Shown here: positions 10,178-18,430 of the stretch, piece by piece
Layout of the letters: the number at the start of each line of letters is the position of its first letter
How positions within the stretch are numbered: position 1 is the stretch's first letter
Assembly (NCBI GenBank): GCA_011774835.1
Contig: JAACAK010000049.1
Span: 14,114-78,113, forward strand
Source of the DNA: Candidatus Kutchimonas denitrificans
Lineage (GTDB): Bacteria > Gemmatimonadota > Gemmatimonadetes > Palauibacterales > KS3-K002
DNA: 64,000 bases
Reading direction: 5' to 3'
Program-made: the position numbers and the translations under genes
Notes under the pieces: generated by a model
The model's input: only the letters and a program-made list of their open reading frames with translations
What the model was told of the DNA's origin: nothing
The model's database searches: none

Positions 10178-12595
10178 CTACTCTCTGAGCGCCGCCACCG
10201 GATCCATCCGAGACGCGCGGCGCGCCGGCAGGTAGCTGGCCAGGACGGCGGCCGCCGCCAGAAAGGCCGCAGCCAGCGCCGCGACCATCGGGTCGGTGGG
10301 GCGGACCTCGAACAGGAACGCGTTCAGCACCCGGAGCCCCGCGATCGACGCGGCGAGTCCGAGGGCCAGGCCGATGACGGCGAGCCGCGCCCCGCGGCGC
10401 AGGACCTGCCGAACGACATCCCCCGGCTCCGCCCCGAGCGCCATCCGGATGCTCATCTCGCGAGCCCGAACCGCCACGGCGTGCGCCAGCACGCCGTACA
10501 CGCCAACGGCCGCCAGGGCGATGGCCAGCCCCGCCAGCAGACCCAGCAGGACCGTCCGGAAGCGCGGCACGGCCACCGCGCTGCCGAGCAGTTCGGAGAG
10601 CGTGGCGACCCGCGTCACCGGCTGGTCGGGATCGATCGACCAGACCGCCTCTGTGGCTGGCCGAACGAGGGAGCTCGGTGGCGTCGACGTTTCGAGCAGG
10701 ATCGTCTGGCCCCGGGCCGGCTGTTGGTCGAGCGGCAGGTAAAGCCAGGGCCGGGGCTCGACCTGGGGTCGCTCGTGGCGCACGTCGCCCACGACCCCGA
10801 CCACCGTCCGCCACGGGCGGTCGCTGTCGGCCGTGCCCAGCTTGATGCGCCGGCCGACGGGATCCTCGTCGGGCCAATACTGGTCGGCCATCGCCTCGCT
10901 GATCGCCACGGCCGGCGCGCTCCCCTCGCGGTCCCGTTCGGTCAGAGAGCGCCCGGCCAAGACGGGTATATCCATCACCCTGAAATACGAGGGCGTGACC
11001 ATGCTCCGGTTGACGTTCGTCTCTTCGATCCCCGTCCGGCTCTCCACCTGAGTGGTCCCCGAAGAGGATCCATCCAGCATCGGCACCTGGGCGGCCGCGG
11101 CCACGTCGGTCACGCCGGGGAGCGCGTCGAGCCGTTCGTACAGCGCGTCGTAGAAGCTCGAGACACGCTCCGCCGGGTAGCGAGTCTCCGACAACCTCAA
11201 GCTCACGGTGAGCAGGTTCTCGGATCCGAACCCACGCTCGACCGAACTGAGGCGCACGAAGCTCTTCATCACCACGCCGGCGGCGATCAGCAGCACGAAG
11301 GCGACCGCGATCTCGGAGACGACCAGCGCCTCTTCCGTCCGGTTGCGCTTGCGGCCGCCCGCCGCACCGCGGCCCGCCTCGCGCAACACTTCGGAGATCC
11401 GCGTGCGCACCGCGGCCAGCGCCGGTATGAGGCCGGTGAGTAGCCCGGTCAGCAGTGCGAGGCCGGCGGCGAATATCAGCACGCGATAGTCGATGCCGAT
11501 CTCGTGGGCGCGCGGGATGCCGGGCGGGAAGAAGGCCGTCAGCGGCCCGAGTCCGATCAGCGCGACCAGCACGCCCGCCACGCCTCCGGCGATCGACAGC
11601 ACGACGCTCTCGCTCAACATGTGAACCAGCAGCCGCCCGCGGCCCGCGCCGAGCGCCGCGCGCACCGCCAATTCCCGTTGCCGTTCCGTCGCCCGAACCA
11701 GCAGCAGGTTGGCGATGTTGGCGCAGGCGATGAGCAGGACGAGCCCGACGGCGCCAAGGAACAGGAGCAACGCTGGTCGGACGTCCCCGACGACTTTTTC
11801 TTTATACGATTCGAGACGCACGCCGAACTCGAACTCGGGATTGGCTTCGACGATCCGCTCCGTGACCGCCTCCATCTCCCGCTGGGCCCGTTCGAGGCTC
11901 ACCCCGGGCCGCAGCAGCGCGATCGACCTCAGAAACTGGGTGCCACGCCCCAACTGCCGGTCTTCGTCATCGAATGTGAGCCAATACTGGTGATCCCGGC
12001 CGGGAAAGTGGAATTCCCGAGGCATGACGCCCACGACCGTGTAGCCGCCCTCGTTCAGCTCGATCGTCCGCCCGATGATGCCCGCGTTCGACCCGAACCG
12101 CCGTTGCCACAGCCCGTGGCTGAGTACGACCAGCGGCTCGCCCCCGATACGATCCTCTTCGGGAAGGAAGACCCGGCCCAGCAGCGGCGGCACGCCCAGC
12201 GCCCGAAAAACACCGTACGTCACGCGCGCCCCCGGAATCCGCTCCGGCCGACCGTCGCCGGTCAGGGTCAGCGTCGCGTCGCTGTATACCCCCACCTCCT
12301 CGAAGACGGAGCTCAACTCGAGCCAATCCCGATAGACGGGGAACGATAGCGGGAAGCTGTTCGCGAAGGAGCGCAGAGCGGGGTTCGGCGAATCGAGCCA
12401 GGCCGGGTTGGTCTGGTAGGCCGCCGCCAGACGGTCCGGATTCGCGTAGGGTAGCGGGCTGAACAGCACGCCGTCGGCGACGCTGAAGATCAGGGTGTTG
12501 GCCCCGATGCCCAGCGCCAGCGTCACGACCGCCACCGCGGTGAACGCGGGTCGTCTCAGCAGACTCCGGTACACCCTGGCGAGACCTCGAAACAT
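10178..12595 (-). CDS. ADOP-family duplicated FtsX/MacB-type ABC transporter permease
   Basis: 805 aa. N-terminus MFRGLARVYRSLLRRPAFTAVAVVTLALGIGANTLIFSV. Two MacB periplasmic-domain/FtsX modules. Typical of Acidobacteria and Gemmatimonadetes. Confidence 0.9.
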   Translation of the reverse strand: MFRGLARVYRSLLRRPAFTAVAVVTLALGIGANTLIFSVADGVLFSPLPYANPDRLAAAYQTNPAWLDSPNPALRSFANSFPLSFPVYRDWLELSSVFEEVGVYSDATLTLTGDGRPERIPGARVTYGVFRALGVPPLLGRVFLPEEDRIGGEPLVVLSHGLWQRRFGSNAGIIGRTIELNEGGYTVVGVMPREFHFPGRDHQYWLTFDDEDRQLGRGTQFLRSIALLRPGVSLERAQREMEAVTERIVEANPEFEFGVRLESYKEKVVGDVRPALLLFLGAVGLVLLIACANIANLLLVRATERQRELAVRAALGAGRGRLLVHMLSESVVLSIAGGVAGVLVALIGLGPLTAFFPPGIPRAHEIGIDYRVLIFAAGLALLTGLLTGLIPALAAVRTRISEVLREAGRGAAGGRKRNRTEEALVVSEIAVAFVLLIAAGVVMKSFVRLSSVERGFGSENLLTVSLRLSETRYPAERVSSFYDALYERLDALPGVTDVAAAAQVPMLDGSSSGTTQVESRTGIEETNVNRSMVTPSYFRVMDIPVLAGRSLTERDREGSAPAVAISEAMADQYWPDEDPVGRRIKLGTADSDRPWRTVVGVVGDVRHERPQVEPRPWLYLPLDQQPARGQTILLETSTPPSSLVRPATEAVWSIDPDQPVTRVATLSELLGSAVAVPRFRTVLLGLLAGLAIALAAVGVYGVLAHAVAVRAREMSIRMALGAEPGDVVRQVLRRGARLAVIGLALGLAASIAGLRVLNAFLFEVRPTDPMVAALAAAFLAAAAVLASYLPARRASRMDPVAALRE

Positions 12596-12752
12596 CGTGC
12601 CCCCTGCCCTCTTCGGTACTGGATGACCAGGTATACGAACTTAGACGCCTGGCGGGCCATAGGCGTTGTGGCGCGTCGAGCAGCGGCGGACGGCCGGGGG
12701 GTAGACAGGAGCGGCCCTGCAATGTAACTTATTATAGCAATTTGGGTTACGA

Positions 12753-12776
12753 AGCCCGGGGCAAACCGGGCTTTTT
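12753..12776 (+). terminator. Orphan intrinsic-terminator-like hairpin in the rpsU upstream region
   Basis: AGCCCGG-ggcaaa-CCGGGCT followed by TTTTT. No + strand gene lies upstream. Sits between an AT-rich patch (12721-12750) and rpsU. Confidence 0.55.
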
Positions 12777-12786
12777 CACGCTTACG

Positions 12787-12840
12787 CCTGATCTCCTCCC
12801 CGAACCCGGAGCAGGAGGTACAAGCGAAGATCAGGGGAGG
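12787..12840 (+). promoter_or_regulatory. rpsU 5' leader stem with internal CCUCC / decoy GGAGG next to the real SD
   Basis: CCTGATCT (12787-12794) pairs with AGATCAGG (12828-12835). CCTCC (12795-12799) pairs with GGAGG (12814-12818). The real SD GGAGG is at 12836-12840 and the ATG at 12851. Confidence 0.4.
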
Positions 12841-12850
12841 TGAAGTTCAC

Positions 12851-13048
12851 ATGGTCAAGGTCGTTCTTTCCGAACGAGACAACCTCGATCGCGCCTTGCG
12901 CAAGTTCAGGCGCAAGATGATCCGATCGGGTTTGTTCAAGGACATGCGGCGCAAGCGGTATTACGAGAAGCCGAGCGATCTGCGGCGCAAGAAGGCGAAG
13001 GCGGCGGAGCGTCGTCGACGTCGCCGAGCGCGTCGGCGATCCCGGTAA
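12851..13048 (+). CDS. rpsU: 30S ribosomal protein S21
   Basis: MVKVVLSERDNLDRALRKFRRKMIRSGLFKDMRRKRYYEKPSDLRRKK.. is a canonical bS21 sequence with a basic tail. Confidence 0.95.
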   Translation: MVKVVLSERDNLDRALRKFRRKMIRSGLFKDMRRKRYYEKPSDLRRKKAKAAERRRRRRARRRSR

Positions 13049-13079
13049 GCGGGCGTCGCGAATAGCCCCCTGACAGCAA

Positions 13080-13114
13080 GCCGGCCACCGAGGACCTTTC
13101 GGTGGCCGGCTTTT
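13080..13114 (+). terminator. Rho-independent terminator of rpsU
   Basis: Perfect 12-bp stem GCCGGCCACCGA / TCGGTGGCCGGC, 7-nt loop, then TTTT. Confidence 0.85.
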
Positions 13115-13264
13115 CTATGCGACCCGGGGGACTTAGCTTCGTTGCCGCATTTCGACCGGAAAGGCTCGAGTGCTTCAGTGCCGTTAGTAGGTTGGTGAAT
13201 CGTCCGGTGGCCAACTAACGCACCAACTCACTAACGCACGTATCCATCAATCAGGAGATCGTCC

Positions 13265-16200
13265 ATGATGTCCAACCGTTTCGGCACGGCCGCCCTGGCC
13301 GCGTTGGCGCTGTTCGTCGTCCGCCCCGTCCTCGCCCAGGAGGACTGGGATATCGAGGCCGAGCACGGCCCCGCCACCCTGGTCGAGTTCGAGACCGACG
13401 AGGGGACGTGGATGAACCTCGACGTGAGCCCCGACGGCCGCTGGGTCGTCTTCGAGCTGCTGGGCGACATCTTCCGGGTGCCGATCGCAGGCGGCGCCGC
13501 CGAGCTGCTGTCCGGCGGCGTCTCGTGGGAGCAGCAGCCGCGCTACAGCCCCGACGGGTCGAGGATCGTCTTCGTCAGCGACCGGAACGGGATCGACAAT
13601 CTGTGGCTCATGGACGCGGACGGTTCGAACCGCCGACAGCTGACAGAGCTCACCTCTTCGCTTCCCACCGCACCTTACTGGACGCCGGACGGTGAGTACA
13701 TCGTCGCCAAGCGGCACGTGAAGAACACCCGCTCGCTGGGCGGCGGCGAGCTGTGGATGTTCCACATCCGTGGCGGCTCGGGAGTCAAGCTGGTCGAGAA
13801 GCTGAGCTTCACCTCCGACATGAACGAGCCCGCGGTCTCGCCCGACGGGCGATACGTCTACTACGACTTTACCGGCCCGTTCGATTACAACCGGGACGTC
13901 CACGACGCGATCTTCAACGTCAACCGCTTCGACCGTCAGACCGGCGACATCGAGCCGGTGATCCGCGGCGCGGGCGGCGCGATCCGACCGACGCCGTCGC
14001 CGGACGGGAAGTCGCTGGCGTTCATCCGGCGCGTCGGGCTCGCAACGGTACTCTTCGTACGTGACCTGGCCACGGGGACCGAGCGGTCGGTGTTCGACGG
14101 GCTCGACCGGGACCAGATGGAGACCTGGACCGTGCACGGCGCGTACCCCGCTTACACATGGACGCCCGACTCGGAGCGGATCGTGATCACGTTCGGCGGC
14201 AAGCTGTGGTCGGTGGACGTGGCCACCGGTGAGCCGACGGAGATCCCGTTTCAGGCCCAGCTCAACCAGCGCGTCACCGACGCCCTCCATTTCGACTATC
14301 CGATCTCCGACGACGCCTTCCGCGCCCGGATGATCCGCTGGCCGACGATCACGCCCGACGGCAGGCGACTGGTCTTCCAGGCGGTGGGCCACCTCTACCA
14401 GATGACGCTGCCCGACGGTAGGCCGCAGCGCATCACCGAGCTCGACGCCCTCGAGTACGCGCCGACCCTCTCGCCCGACGGTCGCTGGGTCGCCTTCACG
14501 AGCTGGGATGCCGGCGCCAGCGGCGGCCTGTGGCGGGTGCGGCTGCCCCGCGTCGGGGCGACCGGCAGCCCGGAGCGACTCACGACCGTCCCCGACCAGT
14601 ACGCCAACCCCGCCTACGCGCCCGACGGTTCGACGATCGCCTACCTGCGCGGGAGCGGCCGGGTGAACCGCGGCACCAACCTCGGCTCCGAGTTCTATCT
14701 CGAGATCCGGACGGTGGCCGCCGGCGGCGGCGCCTCGCAGCTGGTGACGACCACGGCGAACCGCGGCGCCAACCGGCGCATGCCGCGGCTGAGCTGGAGC
14801 GCCGACGGCGAACGGCTCCTCTACTCTGAGAGCGCCGACGGGAAGACTTTCCTGACCAGCATCGAGCTGGACGGCAACGGCGAGCGGCGGCTGGCCGCGA
14901 ACGAGAACGCGGAGGAGATGGTGCCGTCGCCGGACGGCCGCTGGGTGGCGTTCAAGGAGCTGCACAACGTCTACGTGGCGCCGCTGCCCGAGGCCGGCGG
15001 TGACCCGCTGACGCTGGAGGCGGCGTCGGCCGGCGTGCCGGTGAAGAAACTGACCCGCTACGGCGGCGACTGGATCGACTGGTCGCCCGACGGTGAGAGC
15101 CTGACCTACGTGTTGGGGCCGACCGTTTACCGTCATGAGCTCGATGTCATCTTCGACGACCAGAACGGATCGGAGCAAGACGGCAACAACATCTTCGCCG
15201 GTGAGATCTTCGGGGTCGAGCTGACCGTCGAAAAGGCGCGGCCGACGGGGGTGGTGGCGCTGACCGGTGCGCGAATCATCACCATGTCCGGGGACCAGAT
15301 CATTGAGGACGGGACGCTGGTGGCGGATGGCCCCCGTATCGCGGCGGTGGGCCCGGCCGACGAAGTCGAGATTCCTGCCGGTGCCCGTGCCATCGACGCG
15401 AGCGGCAAGACGATCATCCCCGGGCTGGTCGACGTCCACGCCCACATGGGCTACGCGGCGCTGGACATCAACCCGGAACGGTTCTGGCCGTATTACGCCA
15501 ACCTGGCGTACGGGGTCACCTCGACACTCGACCCGTCGGCCAGCACGCAGGCCGTGTTCGCCCAGGCCGAGATGGTGGAGGCCGGCCTGATGGTCGGGCC
15601 GCGGATCTACTCCACCGGCTTCGTCCTCTACGGCGCCGAGAACCCGAACAAGGCGGTGGTGACGAGCCTCGAGGACGCCCGCTACCACGTCCGCCGGCAC
15701 AAGGCCCAGGGCGCCACCGCGGTGAAGAGCTACAACCAGCTGCGGCGCGACGTACGCCAGTGGATCATCGAGGCGGCCCGGGAAGAGGAGATCCTGGTCG
15801 TGCCGGAAGGCGGCTCGATGTACCAACAGAACATGACAATGGTGCTGGACGGGCATACCGGCATCGAGCATGCCATTCCGCTGGCGCCGCTCCACCGCGA
15901 CGCGCTGACCCTGATAGGCCGCAGCGCCACCGGATACACCCCGACGCTCATCGTCGGCTACGGCGGCGTCTGGGGCGAGAACTACTGGTACTTCCACGAC
16001 GACGTGTTCGAGGACGAGCGGCTGCTCCGCTTCACCCCGCAGGGCATCCTCGACGCCCGGGCACGCCGGCGAATGGTGGTGCCGGAGGAGGAGTGGAACC
16101 ACTTCGAGCTGGCCCGGGCCGCGAAGGCGATCGTGGATGCCGGCGGCCGCGTTCAGCTGGGCGCCCACGGCCAGCTGCAGGGGCTGGGCGCCCACTGGGA

Positions 16201-16477
16201 GCTCTGGATGCTGGAGCAGGGCGGCATGACGCCCCTGGAGGCGCTGCGCGCCGGGACGTTGTGGGGCGCCGAGTACGCCGGGATCGGAAACGACGTCGGC
16301 TCCCTCGAGCCCGGCAAGCTGGCCGACCTGATCGTCCTCGACGCCAACCCGCTCGACGACATCCGCAACAGCGAGCGGGTCCACATGGTGATGAAGAACG
16401 GGTTCCTGTACGACGAGGACATGAACGAGGTGTGGCCAGAGTCCCGGCCGCGAGGCGAATTCCGCTGGCAGCGATGA
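13265..16477 (+). CDS. Secreted TolB-like beta-propeller + amidohydrolase-family (metal-dependent hydrolase) fusion protein
   Basis: Signal peptide AALAALALFVVRPVLAQE. Repeated SPDG(R/S)..(F/Y) propeller blades. C-terminal amidohydrolase motifs GLVDVHAHMGY and ..PGKLADLIVLDANPL. Confidence 0.88.
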   Translation: MMSNRFGTAALAALALFVVRPVLAQEDWDIEAEHGPATLVEFETDEGTWMNLDVSPDGRWVVFELLGDIFRVPIAGGAAELLSGGVSWEQQPRYSPDGSRIVFVSDRNGIDNLWLMDADGSNRRQLTELTSSLPTAPYWTPDGEYIVAKRHVKNTRSLGGGELWMFHIRGGSGVKLVEKLSFTSDMNEPAVSPDGRYVYYDFTGPFDYNRDVHDAIFNVNRFDRQTGDIEPVIRGAGGAIRPTPSPDGKSLAFIRRVGLATVLFVRDLATGTERSVFDGLDRDQMETWTVHGAYPAYTWTPDSERIVITFGGKLWSVDVATGEPTEIPFQAQLNQRVTDALHFDYPISDDAFRARMIRWPTITPDGRRLVFQAVGHLYQMTLPDGRPQRITELDALEYAPTLSPDGRWVAFTSWDAGASGGLWRVRLPRVGATGSPERLTTVPDQYANPAYAPDGSTIAYLRGSGRVNRGTNLGSEFYLEIRTVAAGGGASQLVTTTANRGANRRMPRLSWSADGERLLYSESADGKTFLTSIELDGNGERRLAANENAEEMVPSPDGRWVAFKELHNVYVAPLPEAGGDPLTLEAASAGVPVKKLTRYGGDWIDWSPDGESLTYVLGPTVYRHELDVIFDDQNGSEQDGNNIFAGEIFGVELTVEKARPTGVVALTGARIITMSGDQIIEDGTLVADGPRIAAVGPADEVEIPAGARAIDASGKTIIPGLVDVHAHMGYAALDINPERFWPYYANLAYGVTSTLDPSASTQAVFAQAEMVEAGLMVGPRIYSTGFVLYGAENPNKAVVTSLEDARYHVRRHKAQGATAVKSYNQLRRDVRQWIIEAAREEEILVVPEGGSMYQQNMTMVLDGHTGIEHAIPLAPLHRDALTLIGRSATGYTPTLIVGYGGVWGENYWYFHDDVFEDERLLRFTPQGILDARARRRMVVPEEEWNHFELARAAKAIVDAGGRVQLGAHGQLQGLGAHWELWMLEQGGMTPLEALRAGTLWGAEYAGIGNDVGSLEPGKLADLIVLDANPLDDIRNSERVHMVMKNGFLYDEDMNEVWPESRPRGEFRWQR

Positions 16478-16502
16478 ACTCCGCCACAGGATCGATTGGG
16501 CA

Positions 16503-16598
16503 GGTGAACATCGAACATCCGACGTCCAACGTCCAACATCGAACGGAGCTGACAACCTTCAACGTTGGACGTTGGATGTTGGACGTTGGATGTTCACC
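16503..16598. repeat. Inverted arrays of heptamer repeats (CAACRTC x5-6 facing TTGGAYG x5-6) forming a ~45-bp imperfect hairpin
   Basis: Read directly: GGTGAACATC-GAACATC-CGACGTC-CAACGTC-CAACATC-GAACG ... AACG-TTGGACG-TTGGATG-TTGGACG-TTGGATG-TTCACC. The outer 10 bp are perfectly complementary. Confidence 0.85.
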
Positions 16599-17250
16599 CG
16601 CCGCCATCTTGATGCTGGCAACATCCCTCGCAGCCCAAGCAACCGACCCGATCGTGCGCGCCGGCTTCGGCGACGGCTGGGAGACGCGCTGGGAAGAAGT
16701 CCAACTGGATCAACGCGTCAACCGCTTCGAGCCAATCCGCGAGGATGGCCGACCCGTGCTCCGCGTCGAGAGCGACGGTTCCGCCTCGGCCCTATCCTAC
16801 ATGCTGGAGCTGGCGCCCGAGACGGTCGGTGCCATCTCCTGGTCCTGGAAAGTCGAGTCGGCCATCGGCCATGATCGCAGCGAGCGCGAGAAGGCCGGCG
16901 ACGATTACGCCGCTCGCTTCTTTGTCATCTTCGACGATGAGCCGTTCAGCCGGGGGGCACGGGCCATCTGTTACGTCTGGGCGGGCGCCGAGCCGGTGAG
17001 GGCCACGTTTCGCAACCCCTACATCTCCGAAGTGGCGACGATTGTCCTGCAGTCCGGCGACGACCGGGCTGGCGTCTGGATAACCGAAGAGCGCGACGTG
17101 CTGGCCGACTATGTCGCCGCCTTCGACGAGCGGCCGGAGCGCATCACCGGCGTCGCGGTCATGGTCGATACCGACGACACCGGGACCCACGCCACGGCCT
17201 GGTTCGGCGAGGTCCGGGTCTGGCCGCGGGAAGCCGCGGACGGCAACTGA
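16576..17250 (+). CDS. DUF3047-domain protein (secreted)
   Basis: C-terminal part of track ORF 15760..17250, trimmed to ATG 16576 (MLDVGCSPAAILMLATSLAAQA). An alternative ATG is at 16612. Motifs RFEPIREDGRPVLRVESDGSASAL and DDYAARFFVIFD. The start lies inside the right arm of the repeat. Confidence 0.7.
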   Translation: MLDVGCSPAAILMLATSLAAQATDPIVRAGFGDGWETRWEEVQLDQRVNRFEPIREDGRPVLRVESDGSASALSYMLELAPETVGAISWSWKVESAIGHDRSEREKAGDDYAARFFVIFDDEPFSRGARAICYVWAGAEPVRATFRNPYISEVATIVLQSGDDRAGVWITEERDVLADYVAAFDERPERITGVAVMVDTDDTGTHATAWFGEVRVWPREAADGN

Positions 17251-17273
17251 CGTACGAACGCAGAGGCAGGCTC

Positions 17274-18182
17274 ATGAACCGACCCGTCGTGGTCCTCACC
17301 AGCTTGCTGATCGGGTCCGCACCCGCTGTCTCGATCGGCACCGGCCAGCTGTTCGCCCAAACCGACCAGCGGCCTCGAACGGTGGTGCTCACGAACGACG
17401 ACGGCATCGAGGCGGAAGGGCTGCTGGCCCTGGCACGCGCCTTCGCTCCGGTCGCACGGGTTTACGTGATCGCGCCGCTGGAGAGCCGGAGCGCCAGCAC
17501 CAACTACACCTCGGCCGTCGCGGCACGGGCGCTCGAGGTCCAGCGCGTCGAGCTCGGCGACGGGATCATCGCCTACGGCGTCGACGGCTATCCGGCCGAC
17601 GCGGTCACCTGGGCGATACGCGGGCTGCTGGCCGATGAGCCGCCGGACCTGGTGATATCGGGCGTCAACACCGGACCGAACCTGACCGGCGATTGGGCCC
17701 TCTCGGGCACCGTCGGCGCCGCGCGTGCCGCCGCCTTCTTCGGTGTACCCGCCATCGCCGTTTCCGGCTGGAGTCCCGACCACCCCGAGACGCTCGAGGC
17801 TCTGGCAAGCTGGCTGGTCGAGCTCGCCGGCAGCGACCTGGTCCGCAGCCTCGAGCCAGGGCGCTATCTGACCGTGAGCGTGCCCCGGGTCGCCGCGCCC
17901 GAGATCGAGGGTGTCGCCATCGCTTCTCGCAGCCCGCGTAATTGGCGGATCGACATGGAACGGAGCCCCGACGGGGTCGGGCCTGGACGCGAGCGCTGGA
18001 GTCTGCGGTTCACACCGCTCGAGCTCTCGGAGCCGGTGGGTAGTGATCTCTACTACTACAAGCGGAACGTCATCGCCATCGTACCGATGGAGGTGGACGA
18101 GATCGATTGGGCACTCTTCGAAGAGCTGTTGGGAGCCTCGAGCCAGCTGCCAGCCTGGCCGGCGGCCCGGCCCTCGCGTTAG
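17274..18182 (+). CDS. surE: 5'/3'-nucleotidase SurE family protein with an N-terminal signal-like extension
   Basis: VVLTNDDGIEAEGL, GVDGYPADAV and SGVNTGPNLTGDWALSGTVGAARAAAFFGVPAIAVS are SurE signatures. Confidence 0.85.
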   Translation: MNRPVVVLTSLLIGSAPAVSIGTGQLFAQTDQRPRTVVLTNDDGIEAEGLLALARAFAPVARVYVIAPLESRSASTNYTSAVAARALEVQRVELGDGIIAYGVDGYPADAVTWAIRGLLADEPPDLVISGVNTGPNLTGDWALSGTVGAARAAAFFGVPAIAVSGWSPDHPETLEALASWLVELAGSDLVRSLEPGRYLTVSVPRVAAPEIEGVAIASRSPRNWRIDMERSPDGVGPGRERWSLRFTPLELSEPVGSDLYYYKRNVIAIVPMEVDEIDWALFEELLGASSQLPAWPAARPSR

Positions 18183-18398
18183 GCGTCCTCAGCCGCCTCG
18201 AAACCGAACGGGCCGCCGCCACGTAAGAATGGAAAGACAGGGGGTAGAACCATGCTGAGGCTACTGAGACCGATTCTACGGATCATCGTCAAGATTCTGG
18301 AGTGGATCGAGCGCAAGATCTAGGAGTCCTTCCCCACCTTGCGCCGCCTAACGCCGCATCTTCTTTCTCCAGTCGACAGACCGGACACCAGCTGCGCG

Positions 18399-18420
18399 CC
18401 CCGGCCTTATGCGGCCGGGG
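18399..18420. terminator. GC-rich hairpin between convergent genes (no U-tract)
   Basis: CCCCGGCC-ttatgc-GGCCGGGG, 11 nt downstream of the minus-strand oxidoreductase stop. Confidence 0.35.
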
Positions 18421-18430
18421 AAGAGCGCGC

